A DNA stretch of 64,000 nt from positions 126,832-190,831 of the forward strand of contig JAJNQB010000006.1 of assembly GCA_021155045.1 (NCBI GenBank), written 5' to 3'. The notes under the pieces are model-generated. The model was not told where the DNA came from, did not search any database, and saw nothing but the letters and a program-made list of their open reading frames with translations. The position numbers and the translations under genes are program-made. Positions 27,704 through 37,184 of this stretch are shown here, piece after piece. Within the stretch, counting starts at the first letter, position 1; the number at the start of each line of letters is the position of its first letter. This DNA is from Arcticibacter sp. (lineage in GTDB: Bacteria; Bacteroidota; Bacteroidia; 2-12-FULL-35-15).

Positions 27704-28575
27704 TGACTTGGGAGGAAACCATACAATTCATACGTACAAAACCCGAATACAAAGCACTTGTTGAGTTGGCTTATTTTGAGGCTGATCTTCCTTTAAATTT
27801 AGAACGCTTCAGGAACAGTGAAGAGTATATTGAAACGAAAAAATTAATATTACAGTATGTACCATTAACACCTTCTTCAAACCTGCTCGACATTGGTAGT
27901 GGCAATGGAATTAGTTCTGCTGCATTTGCTCTTGATGGTGTTCAGGTAGTTTCAGTTGAACCAGATCCCAGTCAAACCATTGGTGCAGGGGCAATCGAAA
28001 AATTAAAAGAACATTATCAATTATCAAATTTGAGCATACATCAAGCATTTGCAGAGGAATTAAAATTTCCTGATAATAACTTTGATATTGTTTATGCCAG
28101 ACAGTGCATGCATCATGCATATAATCTCAAACAGTTTTTGAAAGAATGTGCGCGAGTTTTAAAAAAAGGAGGATTGCTTATTACTGTTAGAGATCATGTG
28201 GTGTTTAACGATGCTGATAAAAAGTGGTTTTTAGAAAACCATCCTTTACAGAAATTTTATGGAGGAGAAAATGCGTTCACTTCAATGGAATATAAATCCG
28301 CAATGGTTAACGTTGGTTTGGAAATAAAACAAGAACTAAAACATTTTGATAGTGTAATCAATTATTTTCCTTTAAGTAAGACAGAGAAGGAAAATGCAGA
28401 GGCGAAAAGCAAAGGATTTGCAGATTCAATTGTGAAAAAGAGGTTGGGTGCAATAGGTAAAATAGATATCTTCAGGAATCTTGCTTTGAAATACGTTGTA
28501 AATAAGCTAGGAAAGGTACATGATGAAAATAATGTACCGGGTAGGATGTATACCTTTTTAGCAATAAAAAAATAA
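27703..28575 (+). CDS. class I SAM-dependent methyltransferase
   Basis: Motif I 'LLDIGSGNGISS', 'FDIVYARQCMHH' and 'LKKGGLLI'. The start was moved to MTWEE… (ATG at 27703), which overlaps the upstream stop as TAATG. Confidence 0.75.
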   Translation: MTWEETIQFIRTKPEYKALVELAYFEADLPLNLERFRNSEEYIETKKLILQYVPLTPSSNLLDIGSGNGISSAAFALDGVQVVSVEPDPSQTIGAGAIEKLKEHYQLSNLSIHQAFAEELKFPDNNFDIVYARQCMHHAYNLKQFLKECARVLKKGGLLITVRDHVVFNDADKKWFLENHPLQKFYGGENAFTSMEYKSAMVNVGLEIKQELKHFDSVINYFPLSKTEKENAEAKSKGFADSIVKKRLGAIGKIDIFRNLALKYVVNKLGKVHDENNVPGRMYTFLAIKK

Positions 28576-28576
28576 A

Positions 28577-29470
28577 ATGAAAATTCTTGTAATTGGCTCT
28601 AAAGGTTTTATAGGCTCGCATTGCGCTACTCATTTTTCCACACTCGGTCATGAGGTTGTGGGCTGTGATATCTTTCAATCTGAAGAACAAAATTACATTG
28701 ATCTGAAGTCGATTAACAATGATTTTAATCAACCGTTTTCTGAGCAACAATTTGATTTTTGCATTAATGCAGCAGGCTCGGCACATGTAAACTATTCCTT
28801 TCAATATCCGGAAAAAGATTTTGAGCTAAACGTTTCTTTGGTAATAAACCTTTTGGGAGCAATTAAAAATCACTCGGTTAATTGCAAATTCATTAATTTT
28901 TCGAGTGCTGCTGTTTATGGTAATCCAACAGTTTTGCCAGTTGCTGAAAGTGAAGAAACCAATCCATTATCTCCCTATGGCTATCATAAATTATTAAGTG
29001 AAAAATTGTTGCATGAATATCATCGTTTTTTTAATTTAAAAACCGTTAGCTTAAGAGTCTTTTCCGCTTATGGCGATGGATTAAAAAAGCAATTGTTTTG
29101 GGATATTTACAAGAAATCTATGGACTCCCAATCCATCCGTTTGTTTGGAACAGGATTGGAATCGCGTGATTTTATTTACGTTCATGATGTGATTGCAATT
29201 GTGGAAGTAATAATGAAAAATGCAAAATTTGAGGGAGAAGTATATAATGTAGCCAATGGTGAAGAAATATTAATTAAGGATGCCGTAAATATATTCTTAA
29301 AAGAATTAGGATGGTTTGGAAATGTTGTATTTTCGGGTGAAGAAAAAATTGGTGATCCAATCAATTGGAAAGCGAATATTAGCAAAATACAGAAATTGGG
29401 GTACTCAAGAAAATATAGTTTTGTTGAAGGGATAAAAAAAGAGTGTGAATGGCTAAAAGGCTTAAAATAG
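28577..29470 (+). CDS. NAD-dependent epimerase/dehydratase (extended SDR)
   Basis: Rossmann 'MKILVIGSKGFIGSH' and a catalytic YxxxK region ('YGYHKLLSEK'). Confidence 0.85.
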   Translation: MKILVIGSKGFIGSHCATHFSTLGHEVVGCDIFQSEEQNYIDLKSINNDFNQPFSEQQFDFCINAAGSAHVNYSFQYPEKDFELNVSLVINLLGAIKNHSVNCKFINFSSAAVYGNPTVLPVAESEETNPLSPYGYHKLLSEKLLHEYHRFFNLKTVSLRVFSAYGDGLKKQLFWDIYKKSMDSQSIRLFGTGLESRDFIYVHDVIAIVEVIMKNAKFEGEVYNVANGEEILIKDAVNIFLKELGWFGNVVFSGEEKIGDPINWKANISKIQKLGYSRKYSFVEGIKKECEWLKGLK

Positions 29471-30627
29471 GACTTGTATACAGCTACAATAAAGATTGGG
29501 TAGCAGGAGCCTACTACATTATAAATTTAATTCAGGCATTAAATAAACAAAGTGATGAAACTAAACCAGAGCTCATTATTTTGTCGCACTCTCAGGAGGA
29601 ATTTCAGACAGTAAAAAATACCGGTTACCCTTATTTAAAATTCCAACAACTATTTGAAAAAGATTTTTGGGTGACCTATACATTACCTGAGCGAATTGTA
29701 AATAAAATATCTCGTCTTTTGGTTGGAAAAAATATTATAAACAGGGAGCAGACACACAAACGCTTAGGCATAAAGCTTGATTTGCTTTTTCCAGCATCAA
29801 CACACATTTATTTTTCTGATGTAAAAAACAAATTATTCTGGATTCCCGATTTTCAGGAACATTTTTTACCGCAGTTCTTTTCTGAAGAGGAAATACAATC
29901 ACGCAAAGCCTATCAACAATCATTAGCCGATAACTCTTGTTCAATTGTTTTTAGCAGTAATAATGCACTAGAGCATTTTAAAGAAATATACCCAAGCTCG
30001 AGATCCAAAACATTTGTATTGCAGTTTGCAGTAACTCACCCCAACTACAAAAGTATTTCTACCGACAGGTTGTTTGTTAAATACAGTATTGATAAGCCTT
30101 ATTTCTTTTGCCCCAATCAGGTGTGGGCGCATAAAAATCATATAGCAGTTTTAAAGGCCGTTAAAATTTTGAAGGCGGAAGGCGCTAAGGATTTACTGGT
30201 AGTTTTTTCAGGAAAAGAAGTTGATTATAGAAATCCTGCTTTTTTTGGAGAATTAAAGAATTACATATCAGAAAACGGGATTGAAGATTGTGTAAAGTTT
30301 TTAGGTTTTATTGACAGAGAAGATCAATTGCAGTTAATGAATAATTCGATAAGTGTAATACAACCATCTTTATTTGAAGGTTGGAGTACAGTAATTGAAG
30401 ATGCAAAGTCAATGAATCAATACGTGATAGCATCTGATATAGAACTTCATAAAGAACAATTAAAATATAATGTTTCTTTTTTTCAGCCAAATGATTTTAC
30501 TGAATTAGCAAACTTACTAATAAAATTTAGTGTTGAAGAACCTGAAAAATTAAAGGTTGATTATCACAGTAATGTAAAAAAGTTTGGTCAAACTTTTTTA
30601 AAAATCGTAAAAGAGTTGGACTCATAG
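29449..30627 (+). CDS. putative glycosyltransferase (GT1/GT4-like C-terminal domain)
   Basis: C-terminal 'SLFEGWSTVIEDAKSMNQYVIASD' resembles the GT4 E-x7-E motif. The N-domain is not recognisable. Confidence 0.45.
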   Translation: MAKRLKIGLVYSYNKDWVAGAYYIINLIQALNKQSDETKPELIILSHSQEEFQTVKNTGYPYLKFQQLFEKDFWVTYTLPERIVNKISRLLVGKNIINREQTHKRLGIKLDLLFPASTHIYFSDVKNKLFWIPDFQEHFLPQFFSEEEIQSRKAYQQSLADNSCSIVFSSNNALEHFKEIYPSSRSKTFVLQFAVTHPNYKSISTDRLFVKYSIDKPYFFCPNQVWAHKNHIAVLKAVKILKAEGAKDLLVVFSGKEVDYRNPAFFGELKNYISENGIEDCVKFLGFIDREDQLQLMNNSISVIQPSLFEGWSTVIEDAKSMNQYVIASDIELHKEQLKYNVSFFQPNDFTELANLLIKFSVEEPEKLKVDYHSNVKKFGQTFLKIVKELDS

Positions 30628-30922
30628 TGTTTTTTTGAACTATTTTTTAAAAGTTTTATGTTTATAAAGATTGTTTAAAACTAAACTCAGATTTAGCCAT
30701 CACCTTGATGGGTTGAACTATAAAATATGCAACTTTAAGAGTTCATTATACCAATTTTTTAATAAAAAACAGGGATTAACGCAGTTAAGGTTGTACATAT
30801 CATTAACATTTTTAGCTCTTTTTATATAAAATCCACTATTATAAATGATATTTTGGGAAATACCTGCATTTGTACTAAATTAGCACATTGTTTTTGACAC
30901 AAATGCAAAAAAAGTTTAAAAT

Positions 30923-32647
30923 ATGAAAACCAACAGTGCTATTTTAATTTTACTTATTACAAGTTACATAAATGTAAATGCTCAAAATTGGGAATGGGTT
31001 CAAACAATTAGACCAGGTGGTAACGAATACTGCTGGTCCATTGCAAATGATATTTATGGTAATATTTATACTACAGGTAGGGTAAAAGCTAATTCTACTT
31101 TTGGTTCGGGAACAAATATTCAGTCTCCTCCATATATTACGGTAAACCAAACAGATGTTTTTGTAGCCAAATATCGTTCTGATGGAACATTGGTTTGGGT
31201 AAAAAGAGATGGTGGTAAGGAAGCAGATTGGGGAAGAGACATAGCTGTAGATAAGTACAGTAATACTTATGTTGTAGGTGATTATACCGATACTGCAAAT
31301 TTTGGAACATTTCAAATAATCGGATATGGAGGGGCTAGTAATAGGAATATTTTCTTAGCAAAATATGACAGTTCTGGGGTTTGTCTTTGGGCAAAAACAG
31401 CTGGAAATTCTTCGATGGCTTCCAAAGGGTATGCCGTTACAGTCGATTCTATTGGCAATTCTTATATAACAGGTTATGTAGGGGGTGTTACTAGTTTTGA
31501 TGGAATATCTTTTGGTACCGCTGGAAAAACTTTGGCTTTTATTGCTAAATTTAATTCTATCGGGACTTGTCTCTTTGTAAAAACACTTAGTGCTCAATAT
31601 TTAAGTGAAGGTCAGGATATAAAAATAAATAAAAATGACGATGTTTATTTAACTGGTGATTATAGAGGAACTCTATATGTGAATGCTCTTACATTCCCTG
31701 GTAACAGTTCTTCTTGGAGCGATGTCTTTTTGATTAAAATGGATACTTTGGGTAATTTTATATGGGCAACAACTGCAATTGGAGCGTACCAAGATCAGGC
31801 AAATTCTGTAGATTTCGATTCTAATGGAAATATATATATAGCAGGTACTTATGCAAATGATTTGACATTTGGCACAACAACTATTAATAGTCTCGGTTGG
31901 GCATCAACAGCATCTACTGCAAATGCAAAAGCCGATAGTTTTATTGCTAAATATGATGCTAACGGAAATTTTAAATGGGTAAAAACAATTCGCAATAATA
32001 TAGTTTCTCCTTTAAATCCAAATGATTTATCTTCGGATGATTTACATGTTGATAGGAATAATAATGTGCTAATCTCTGGGTATGTTATTGGAAATTCCGA
32101 TTTTGATGGAGCTTTAATCCTTCTGGACAGCACCCATGAAACAGGCTACGTTACCGCTTTCGATACGGTTGGAAATATAGTTTGGAATAAGTTAACTGGC
32201 AATTCAAACAACTCTGCATTTGTTGCAAGAGGAGTTTGTTCTGATGTTACAGGGAAATATTATGTTGGTGGAGAATTTTATGGAACTCCATATTTTAATT
32301 TTGATACAATTACAGAACAATCATACAATGGATGGGACGGTTTTATCGGAAGATTTTACTACCCAATAATTACGTCCACTGTTCTTAAGGATAATGATGA
32401 AAAAGTTTTGATTTTTCCAAATCCTACTGAGTATTTTATAAACATTGAAATTCCGAATTTCAAACCAAATGACTCTTACTTTTTAACGATTTACAATTTG
32501 TTTGGTGGGATTGCATTAAGTCAGATAAAAATAACATCTTCTCTTTCTAAAGTGCAAGTTTCAAATTTAAATTCAGGAATATATTTTTTAGAAATATATT
32601 CTAAAGAAAATAATAAAAGAGAAATACAAAAGATTATAATTAAGTAA
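30923..32647 (+). CDS. T9SS-secreted SBBP (beta-propeller) repeat protein
   Basis: Signal peptide. There are 7-8 repeats of the Y..G…DFGTF.Y.SDG..W.K type (SBBP-like). T9SS CTD '…KVLIFPNPTEYFINIEI…GIYFLEIYSKENNKREIQKIIIK'. Confidence 0.7.
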   Translation: MKTNSAILILLITSYINVNAQNWEWVQTIRPGGNEYCWSIANDIYGNIYTTGRVKANSTFGSGTNIQSPPYITVNQTDVFVAKYRSDGTLVWVKRDGGKEADWGRDIAVDKYSNTYVVGDYTDTANFGTFQIIGYGGASNRNIFLAKYDSSGVCLWAKTAGNSSMASKGYAVTVDSIGNSYITGYVGGVTSFDGISFGTAGKTLAFIAKFNSIGTCLFVKTLSAQYLSEGQDIKINKNDDVYLTGDYRGTLYVNALTFPGNSSSWSDVFLIKMDTLGNFIWATTAIGAYQDQANSVDFDSNGNIYIAGTYANDLTFGTTTINSLGWASTASTANAKADSFIAKYDANGNFKWVKTIRNNIVSPLNPNDLSSDDLHVDRNNNVLISGYVIGNSDFDGALILLDSTHETGYVTAFDTVGNIVWNKLTGNSNNSAFVARGVCSDVTGKYYVGGEFYGTPYFNFDTITEQSYNGWDGFIGRFYYPIITSTVLKDNDEKVLIFPNPTEYFINIEIPNFKPNDSYFLTIYNLFGGIALSQIKITSSLSKVQVSNLNSGIYFLEIYSKENNKREIQKIIIK

Positions 32648-32768
32648 TTTCATTATTACTGTAAAATAGATGGAAGGAATACCTAATCAGTTGTTTTAAT
32701 TATATTTTAAAAGCTTGAATTGATGGTAAAAGTCAAGTGCACCAACTAAAATATATTGTTATTTTAAA

Positions 32769-33680
32769 TTAATTCTTGCTTTTAAAGTATAATTGCGTTT
32801 TTACGACTGCATATAGAAATAAATGTTTGATTGCAATGTCTGGTGTTTCAAAAATATAAAAGAAAAATGCTTTAAATAATTTAGCTGAATTATGGTTCAT
32901 TCGCAAGTTTAAGAACAAACAATTAATACAACTTTTTTTTACTTTTTTATAAAATTCAAGATTGATAATCTTCAGATTATTCTTAACGAAATCACTTTGT
33001 AAAGTGTCTTCAATAAAATGGATGTTCCCTATAGCACTTTTGGCGTCCTGATGGCGCCTGAAATAAGTATAATATTCATCCACGTATTCAAATTTATAAT
33101 TGTGTGCTGCAATTTTTAGCCAAAAATCTACGTCCATTGAATAATGCAGTTTTTCGTCTAAGGGTCCCAATTCTTTATAAATTTTCATACTAAAGAAAGA
33201 GCTTGGCTGGTTAACGATGCAGTTATTTGTACATGGTAAATACTCGTTATTGTTTATTAGTTTGCTTTTTATCTGAGAGTCTAGTAAATTGTCATTTTTA
33301 TCAACAAAATAGCAATTGCCTACTAAATAATTGAACGGTTTTCTTTTCCATATATCTGACACTTTTTTTAAAGTGTCTGGCAAGAAATAGTCATCAGAAT
33401 TCAGCCATGTTGCAATTTCGCCCGTTGCAATAGATAAACCTTTATTAATAGCATGGCTTTGTCCATTATCCTTTTTACTTTCCCAAAAATGAATTTTCGA
33501 TTCATACTTTCTTAAAATGTCAATACTTCCATCTTTGCTACCACCATCTATTATTATGTATTCTAAATTAGGATAGTTTTGATTCAAAACAGATACAATA
33601 GTCTTTTCAAGAAATTCAGCCTGATTGAATGAAGGAGTAATAATGCTAATTTTAGGAAATTCTTCTTGCGATTGTACCAT
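32769..33680 (-). CDS. GT2 family glycosyltransferase
   Basis: 'ISIITPSFNQAEFLEKTIVSVLNQNYPNLEYIIIDGGSKDGS' and DxD 'NSDDYF'. Confidence 0.85.
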   Translation of the reverse strand: MVQSQEEFPKISIITPSFNQAEFLEKTIVSVLNQNYPNLEYIIIDGGSKDGSIDILRKYESKIHFWESKKDNGQSHAINKGLSIATGEIATWLNSDDYFLPDTLKKVSDIWKRKPFNYLVGNCYFVDKNDNLLDSQIKSKLINNNEYLPCTNNCIVNQPSSFFSMKIYKELGPLDEKLHYSMDVDFWLKIAAHNYKFEYVDEYYTYFRRHQDAKSAIGNIHFIEDTLQSDFVKNNLKIINLEFYKKVKKSCINCLFLNLRMNHNSAKLFKAFFFYIFETPDIAIKHLFLYAVVKTQLYFKSKN

Positions 33681-33996
33681 TTTTTGTATCTTTAAAATGT
33701 GAATTTAATACTTAAATTGTTTTGCAAATGTATTCAATAAAAAAAACAGAAAAAAGTTATCTTATTCATGGTATTTGATGTTTGTGAAAAAGCATATAGA
33801 TTTGTTGCAATGAATTGCCTTTGCTTGAAAATAGTTGGGTAAAATGTAGTATCCTTGATCAAAACAGAATTGAGCATTATATTACGTATGTGAGTGATGT
33901 AGAAAAATTCAAAAGCCGTCTTTAGATTGGAAGTATAACTAATAGATGGTTCAGATTATTACTGAAATGATACAGGTAGCATAGAAAGTATAAGAT

Positions 33997-34893
33997 ATGG
34001 TAATTGTAAAATTAATGGGTGGTATGGGGAATCAAATGTTTCAATATGCATTTGGATTTTTTCTAGCTAAAAAAAACAGAAAAACTTTGAAATTAGATTT
34101 AAGTTTTTTGCAAGACAGAAGAGAAAAAAAAAAAATTGTATTCAGAGAATTCGATTTAACGATTTTTAATGTGTCAGAAGAGGTTATTGCAACTAAAGAA
34201 GAAATAGCTTATTATTCAGGTGTTTCGCCCAATGGAAAATCATTGAACTTAATAATAACATTAAAAAGAAAACTTTCACTTCCTCATCATCTAATTGATT
34301 ATTCTCTTAAATATCATCCTGAATATAAATTGATAACTTCAAATATATATCTGGAAGGCTATTTTCAGTCGCCTGCCTATTTTTCTGAGATAGAGGAAGA
34401 CATTCGTAAAGAATTCATATTCAAGAATAAAATTTTACCGATTTCAAATGAATTAGCCGAAAAAATTAAAATGTCTAATTCTGTTTGTTTACATGTTCGT
34501 AGAACAGATTTTGTGGAGGAGGATTTAGGTAAAAACATACATGGATTTGTAGAAGAAATGTATTACTTTAATGCTGTAAAATTCATTAAAGAGAAAGTAC
34601 ATAAACCAGAATTGTTTATTTTCTCAGATGATATAGAGTGGTGTCAGAACAACCTTGTTTTTGATTTGCCAACTCGTTTTGTATTGAATGAACACAATGG
34701 AGAAAAAATTAGTAATTACCTGCAATTGATGACCTTGTGCAAGCATTTTATCATTCCCAATAGTACATTTGCTTGGTGGGCTGCTTGGCTTTCTGAAAGC
34801 CCCGATAAATTGGTAGTCGCACCTCTGAAATGGATGATTAATTCAGAAAAGGATGAAACAGATTTAATACCAAAAAGTTGGATAAGACTATGA
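33997..34893 (+). CDS. GT11 alpha-1,2-fucosyltransferase
   Basis: N-terminal 'VIVKLMGGMGNQMFQYAFGFFLAKK' and 'CLHVRRTDFV' are hallmark GT11 motifs. Confidence 0.85.
   Translation: MVIVKLMGGMGNQMFQYAFGFFLAKKNRKTLKLDLSFLQDRREKKKIVFREFDLTIFNVSEEVIATKEEIAYYSGVSPNGKSLNLIITLKRKLSLPHHLIDYSLKYHPEYKLITSNIYLEGYFQSPAYFSEIEEDIRKEFIFKNKILPISNELAEKIKMSNSVCLHVRRTDFVEEDLGKNIHGFVEEMYYFNAVKFIKEKVHKPELFIFSDDIEWCQNNLVFDLPTRFVLNEHNGEKISNYLQLMTLCKHFIIPNSTFAWWAAWLSESPDKLVVAPLKWMINSEKDETDLIPKSWIRL
34124..34135 (+). repeat. A12 homopolymeric tract inside the GT11 fucosyltransferase ORF (encodes KKK)
   Basis: 'gagaaaaaaaaaaaattg' read directly. Confidence 0.9.
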
Positions 34894-35888
34894 AAGGAAG
34901 TCCACTCGTTTCAGTTCTTATGCCAGTATTCAATGCAGAGCAATATCTTAGCCAGTCAATTGAAAGCATCCTCAACCAAACGTACATAGATTTTAATTTT
35001 TATATTGTTAATGACGGATCAACTGACGCCTCTGAAAAAATAATACTCTCTTATAAAGATGAGCGAATTATTTATGTAAAGAATGAAATAAACAAAGGAT
35101 TGATTTATTCCCTCAACAAAGGATTTGAAATTATTCAGAGTAAGTATTTGGTGCGAATGGATGCAGATGATATTTCATTGCCTGAAAGGATTGAAGAGCA
35201 GTTTAAATTTATGGAAAAACATTCAGATGTATGCCTTTGTGCATCTCAGGTTGAATATTTTGGACAGGTGCAAAAAACATCAAAATTCCCTACAACTCAT
35301 GAGGCGATTTCAGCATCTTTATTATTTGGGAATTGTATCGCTCACTCAAGCGTCATCATGCGAATGGAGAAGATTCGAAAAAATAGACTGAATTTTAATT
35401 CGAATTTTATTCATATTGAAGATTATGAATTGTGGATTCGCTTAGCAAAAGTAAGTAAAATAGCATTAATTGATAAAGTCCTTCTTCGATACAGAATGGA
35501 AGGGCAAAATATTACCATAAACAACTGGCAAACAAGGAAAGTAAGATTGTTTTTGGTGTATAAACAACTATTGATTGATCTCGGGATTCCCTTAACAGAA
35601 GAAAGGTTGAATATGCACATTGAACTCAGTGGAAACACAGAAACAATAGGAGGAATTGATGGTTTAATAAATTATACTAATGAAATTCGCAGACAGAATG
35701 AGTTGAAAAAAAGTTATGCTGTTTCAGAATTGAACGATGTTTTAAATCTAAATTGGCAGCAACTATTTTTTAAAGTTGTAAAAAATGGCTGGAAGGAAGT
35801 AGTAAAATATTGGTGGTTTACAAAAAATATTTCTAAATTACAAATTCGCTATATCATTGGGCATTATAAATCAACTTGGTTAAATTAA
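34878..35888 (+). CDS. GT2 family glycosyltransferase
   Basis: 'VSVLMPVFNAEQYLSQSIESILNQTY…IVNDGSTD' and 'RMDADD'. Confidence 0.85.
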   Translation: MDKTMKGSPLVSVLMPVFNAEQYLSQSIESILNQTYIDFNFYIVNDGSTDASEKIILSYKDERIIYVKNEINKGLIYSLNKGFEIIQSKYLVRMDADDISLPERIEEQFKFMEKHSDVCLCASQVEYFGQVQKTSKFPTTHEAISASLLFGNCIAHSSVIMRMEKIRKNRLNFNSNFIHIEDYELWIRLAKVSKIALIDKVLLRYRMEGQNITINNWQTRKVRLFLVYKQLLIDLGIPLTEERLNMHIELSGNTETIGGIDGLINYTNEIRRQNELKKSYAVSELNDVLNLNWQQLFFKVVKNGWKEVVKYWWFTKNISKLQIRYIIGHYKSTWLN

Positions 35889-35892
35889 TTTA

Positions 35893-37116
35893 TTGTTAAG
35901 TATTATGAGCAAGTTTCTATATTTCTTTACTGCCGAATTTCCCTTTGGGAAAGGAGAAAGTTTTATTGAAAATGAAATTCCAGTTTCTTCCAATTATTTT
36001 GAGAAAATATATTTGTTTCCTCACAGTAATAGAAGTTCGGAATGTCGGAATCTTGTGGTTAATGCAGAAGTAGTAAAAATGAATTATGGAGAAAACATAC
36101 ATTCAAAATCAATTTTAATAAATAATTATTTTTTTATTGCAAAAACTCACTTGTTTGAGTTTGTGAATTGTTCAAATAAACTTTTTTTTATTAAAAACAT
36201 TCGGTATTTAAATTCACTATTAATTAGGGGTATACATGATGCAGAATTGATTGCTCGATCAATAAAGCATCCTTTAGATGAAGTTATTTTTTATTCTTAC
36301 TGGATGAATGATTGGGCATTGGCATTATCCGTCTTAAAAGAAAAAAAAATCATTAAAAATTTTGTTTTTAGATGCGGTGGTTTTGATATTTATGATGAAA
36401 GATATGTAGGTAATTATTTACCTTTCCGTTATTTTATTTATAAAAATGCTTCCGGAATATTTCCGAATTCAAAAATGGGAGAAGCGTACATTAAAAAAAA
36501 AAAAATATTTCCTGATAAGGTAGTAGCAAAATATTGGGGAACAACCGACAATGGTGAAGGAAAGTTTGACGAAAAGACTACCTTTACTTTAGTATCTTGC
36601 TCAAGCATAATTCCTTTAAAAAGAGTTCATTTGATTGTTGAAATCCTTAAAAATATTAAGTTTGAAATGCATTGGATTCATTTTGGTGATGGTGAATGTG
36701 CTGATAAAATAAAAAATATTGCAAAAGAATTATTACCAATAAATGTAAAATATTCATTTAAAGGAGGGGTAAGTAATCAGGAAGTAATAAGCTTTTATAA
36801 AACAAATACGGTGAATTTATTTATTACAACTAGCGAAACAGAAGGTTTACCTGTATCAATTCAGGAAGCAATAAGTTTTGGAATACCTATTGTTGCTACA
36901 AATGTTGGTGGAGTTTCTGAGATAGTGAATGAGAAAACAGGTTTTTTAATAACTAAAAATTTTGAGGTTAAAGAGGTTGCGAAGCTTATTAGCCAATTTA
37001 GAATAAGTTCTAAGAATTCAAAAATATTTAGAGAAAATGTAAGGAACTTCTGGAAAGAAAATTTTAATGCGGAAAAAGTTTATGCAAATTTTTCAGAAAC
37101 GATTAAAAAAGGTTAA
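35893..37116 (+). CDS. GT4 family glycosyltransferase
   Basis: 'TSETEGLPVSIQEAISFGIPIVATNVGGVSEIV' is the E-x7-E motif of retaining GT4. Confidence 0.8.
   Translation: MLSIMSKFLYFFTAEFPFGKGESFIENEIPVSSNYFEKIYLFPHSNRSSECRNLVVNAEVVKMNYGENIHSKSILINNYFFIAKTHLFEFVNCSNKLFFIKNIRYLNSLLIRGIHDAELIARSIKHPLDEVIFYSYWMNDWALALSVLKEKKIIKNFVFRCGGFDIYDERYVGNYLPFRYFIYKNASGIFPNSKMGEAYIKKKKIFPDKVVAKYWGTTDNGEGKFDEKTTFTLVSCSSIIPLKRVHLIVEILKNIKFEMHWIHFGDGECADKIKNIAKELLPINVKYSFKGGVSNQEVISFYKTNTVNLFITTSETEGLPVSIQEAISFGIPIVATNVGGVSEIVNEKTGFLITKNFEVKEVAKLISQFRISSKNSKIFRENVRNFWKENFNAEKVYANFSETIKKG
36493..36505 (+). repeat. A13 homopolymeric tract (encodes KKKK) inside the GT4 gene; a second A9 tract lies at 36341-36349 in the same ORF
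   Basis: 'cattaaaaaaaaaaaaatattt' read directly. Confidence 0.9.
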
Positions 37117-37184
37117 TACTGCTGATTTAAGATTCATAGAGATCACGAATTTTTTAAAAAAAGAATAACAAATTAATAAGTAAT

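Noticed and set aside
30690-30706. Small hairpin (ccatca…tgatgg) in the 295-bp gap upstream of the SBBP gene as a terminator or small RNA
   Set aside because: No adjacent U-tract and too short to call. It is left as part of the uncharacterised leader.
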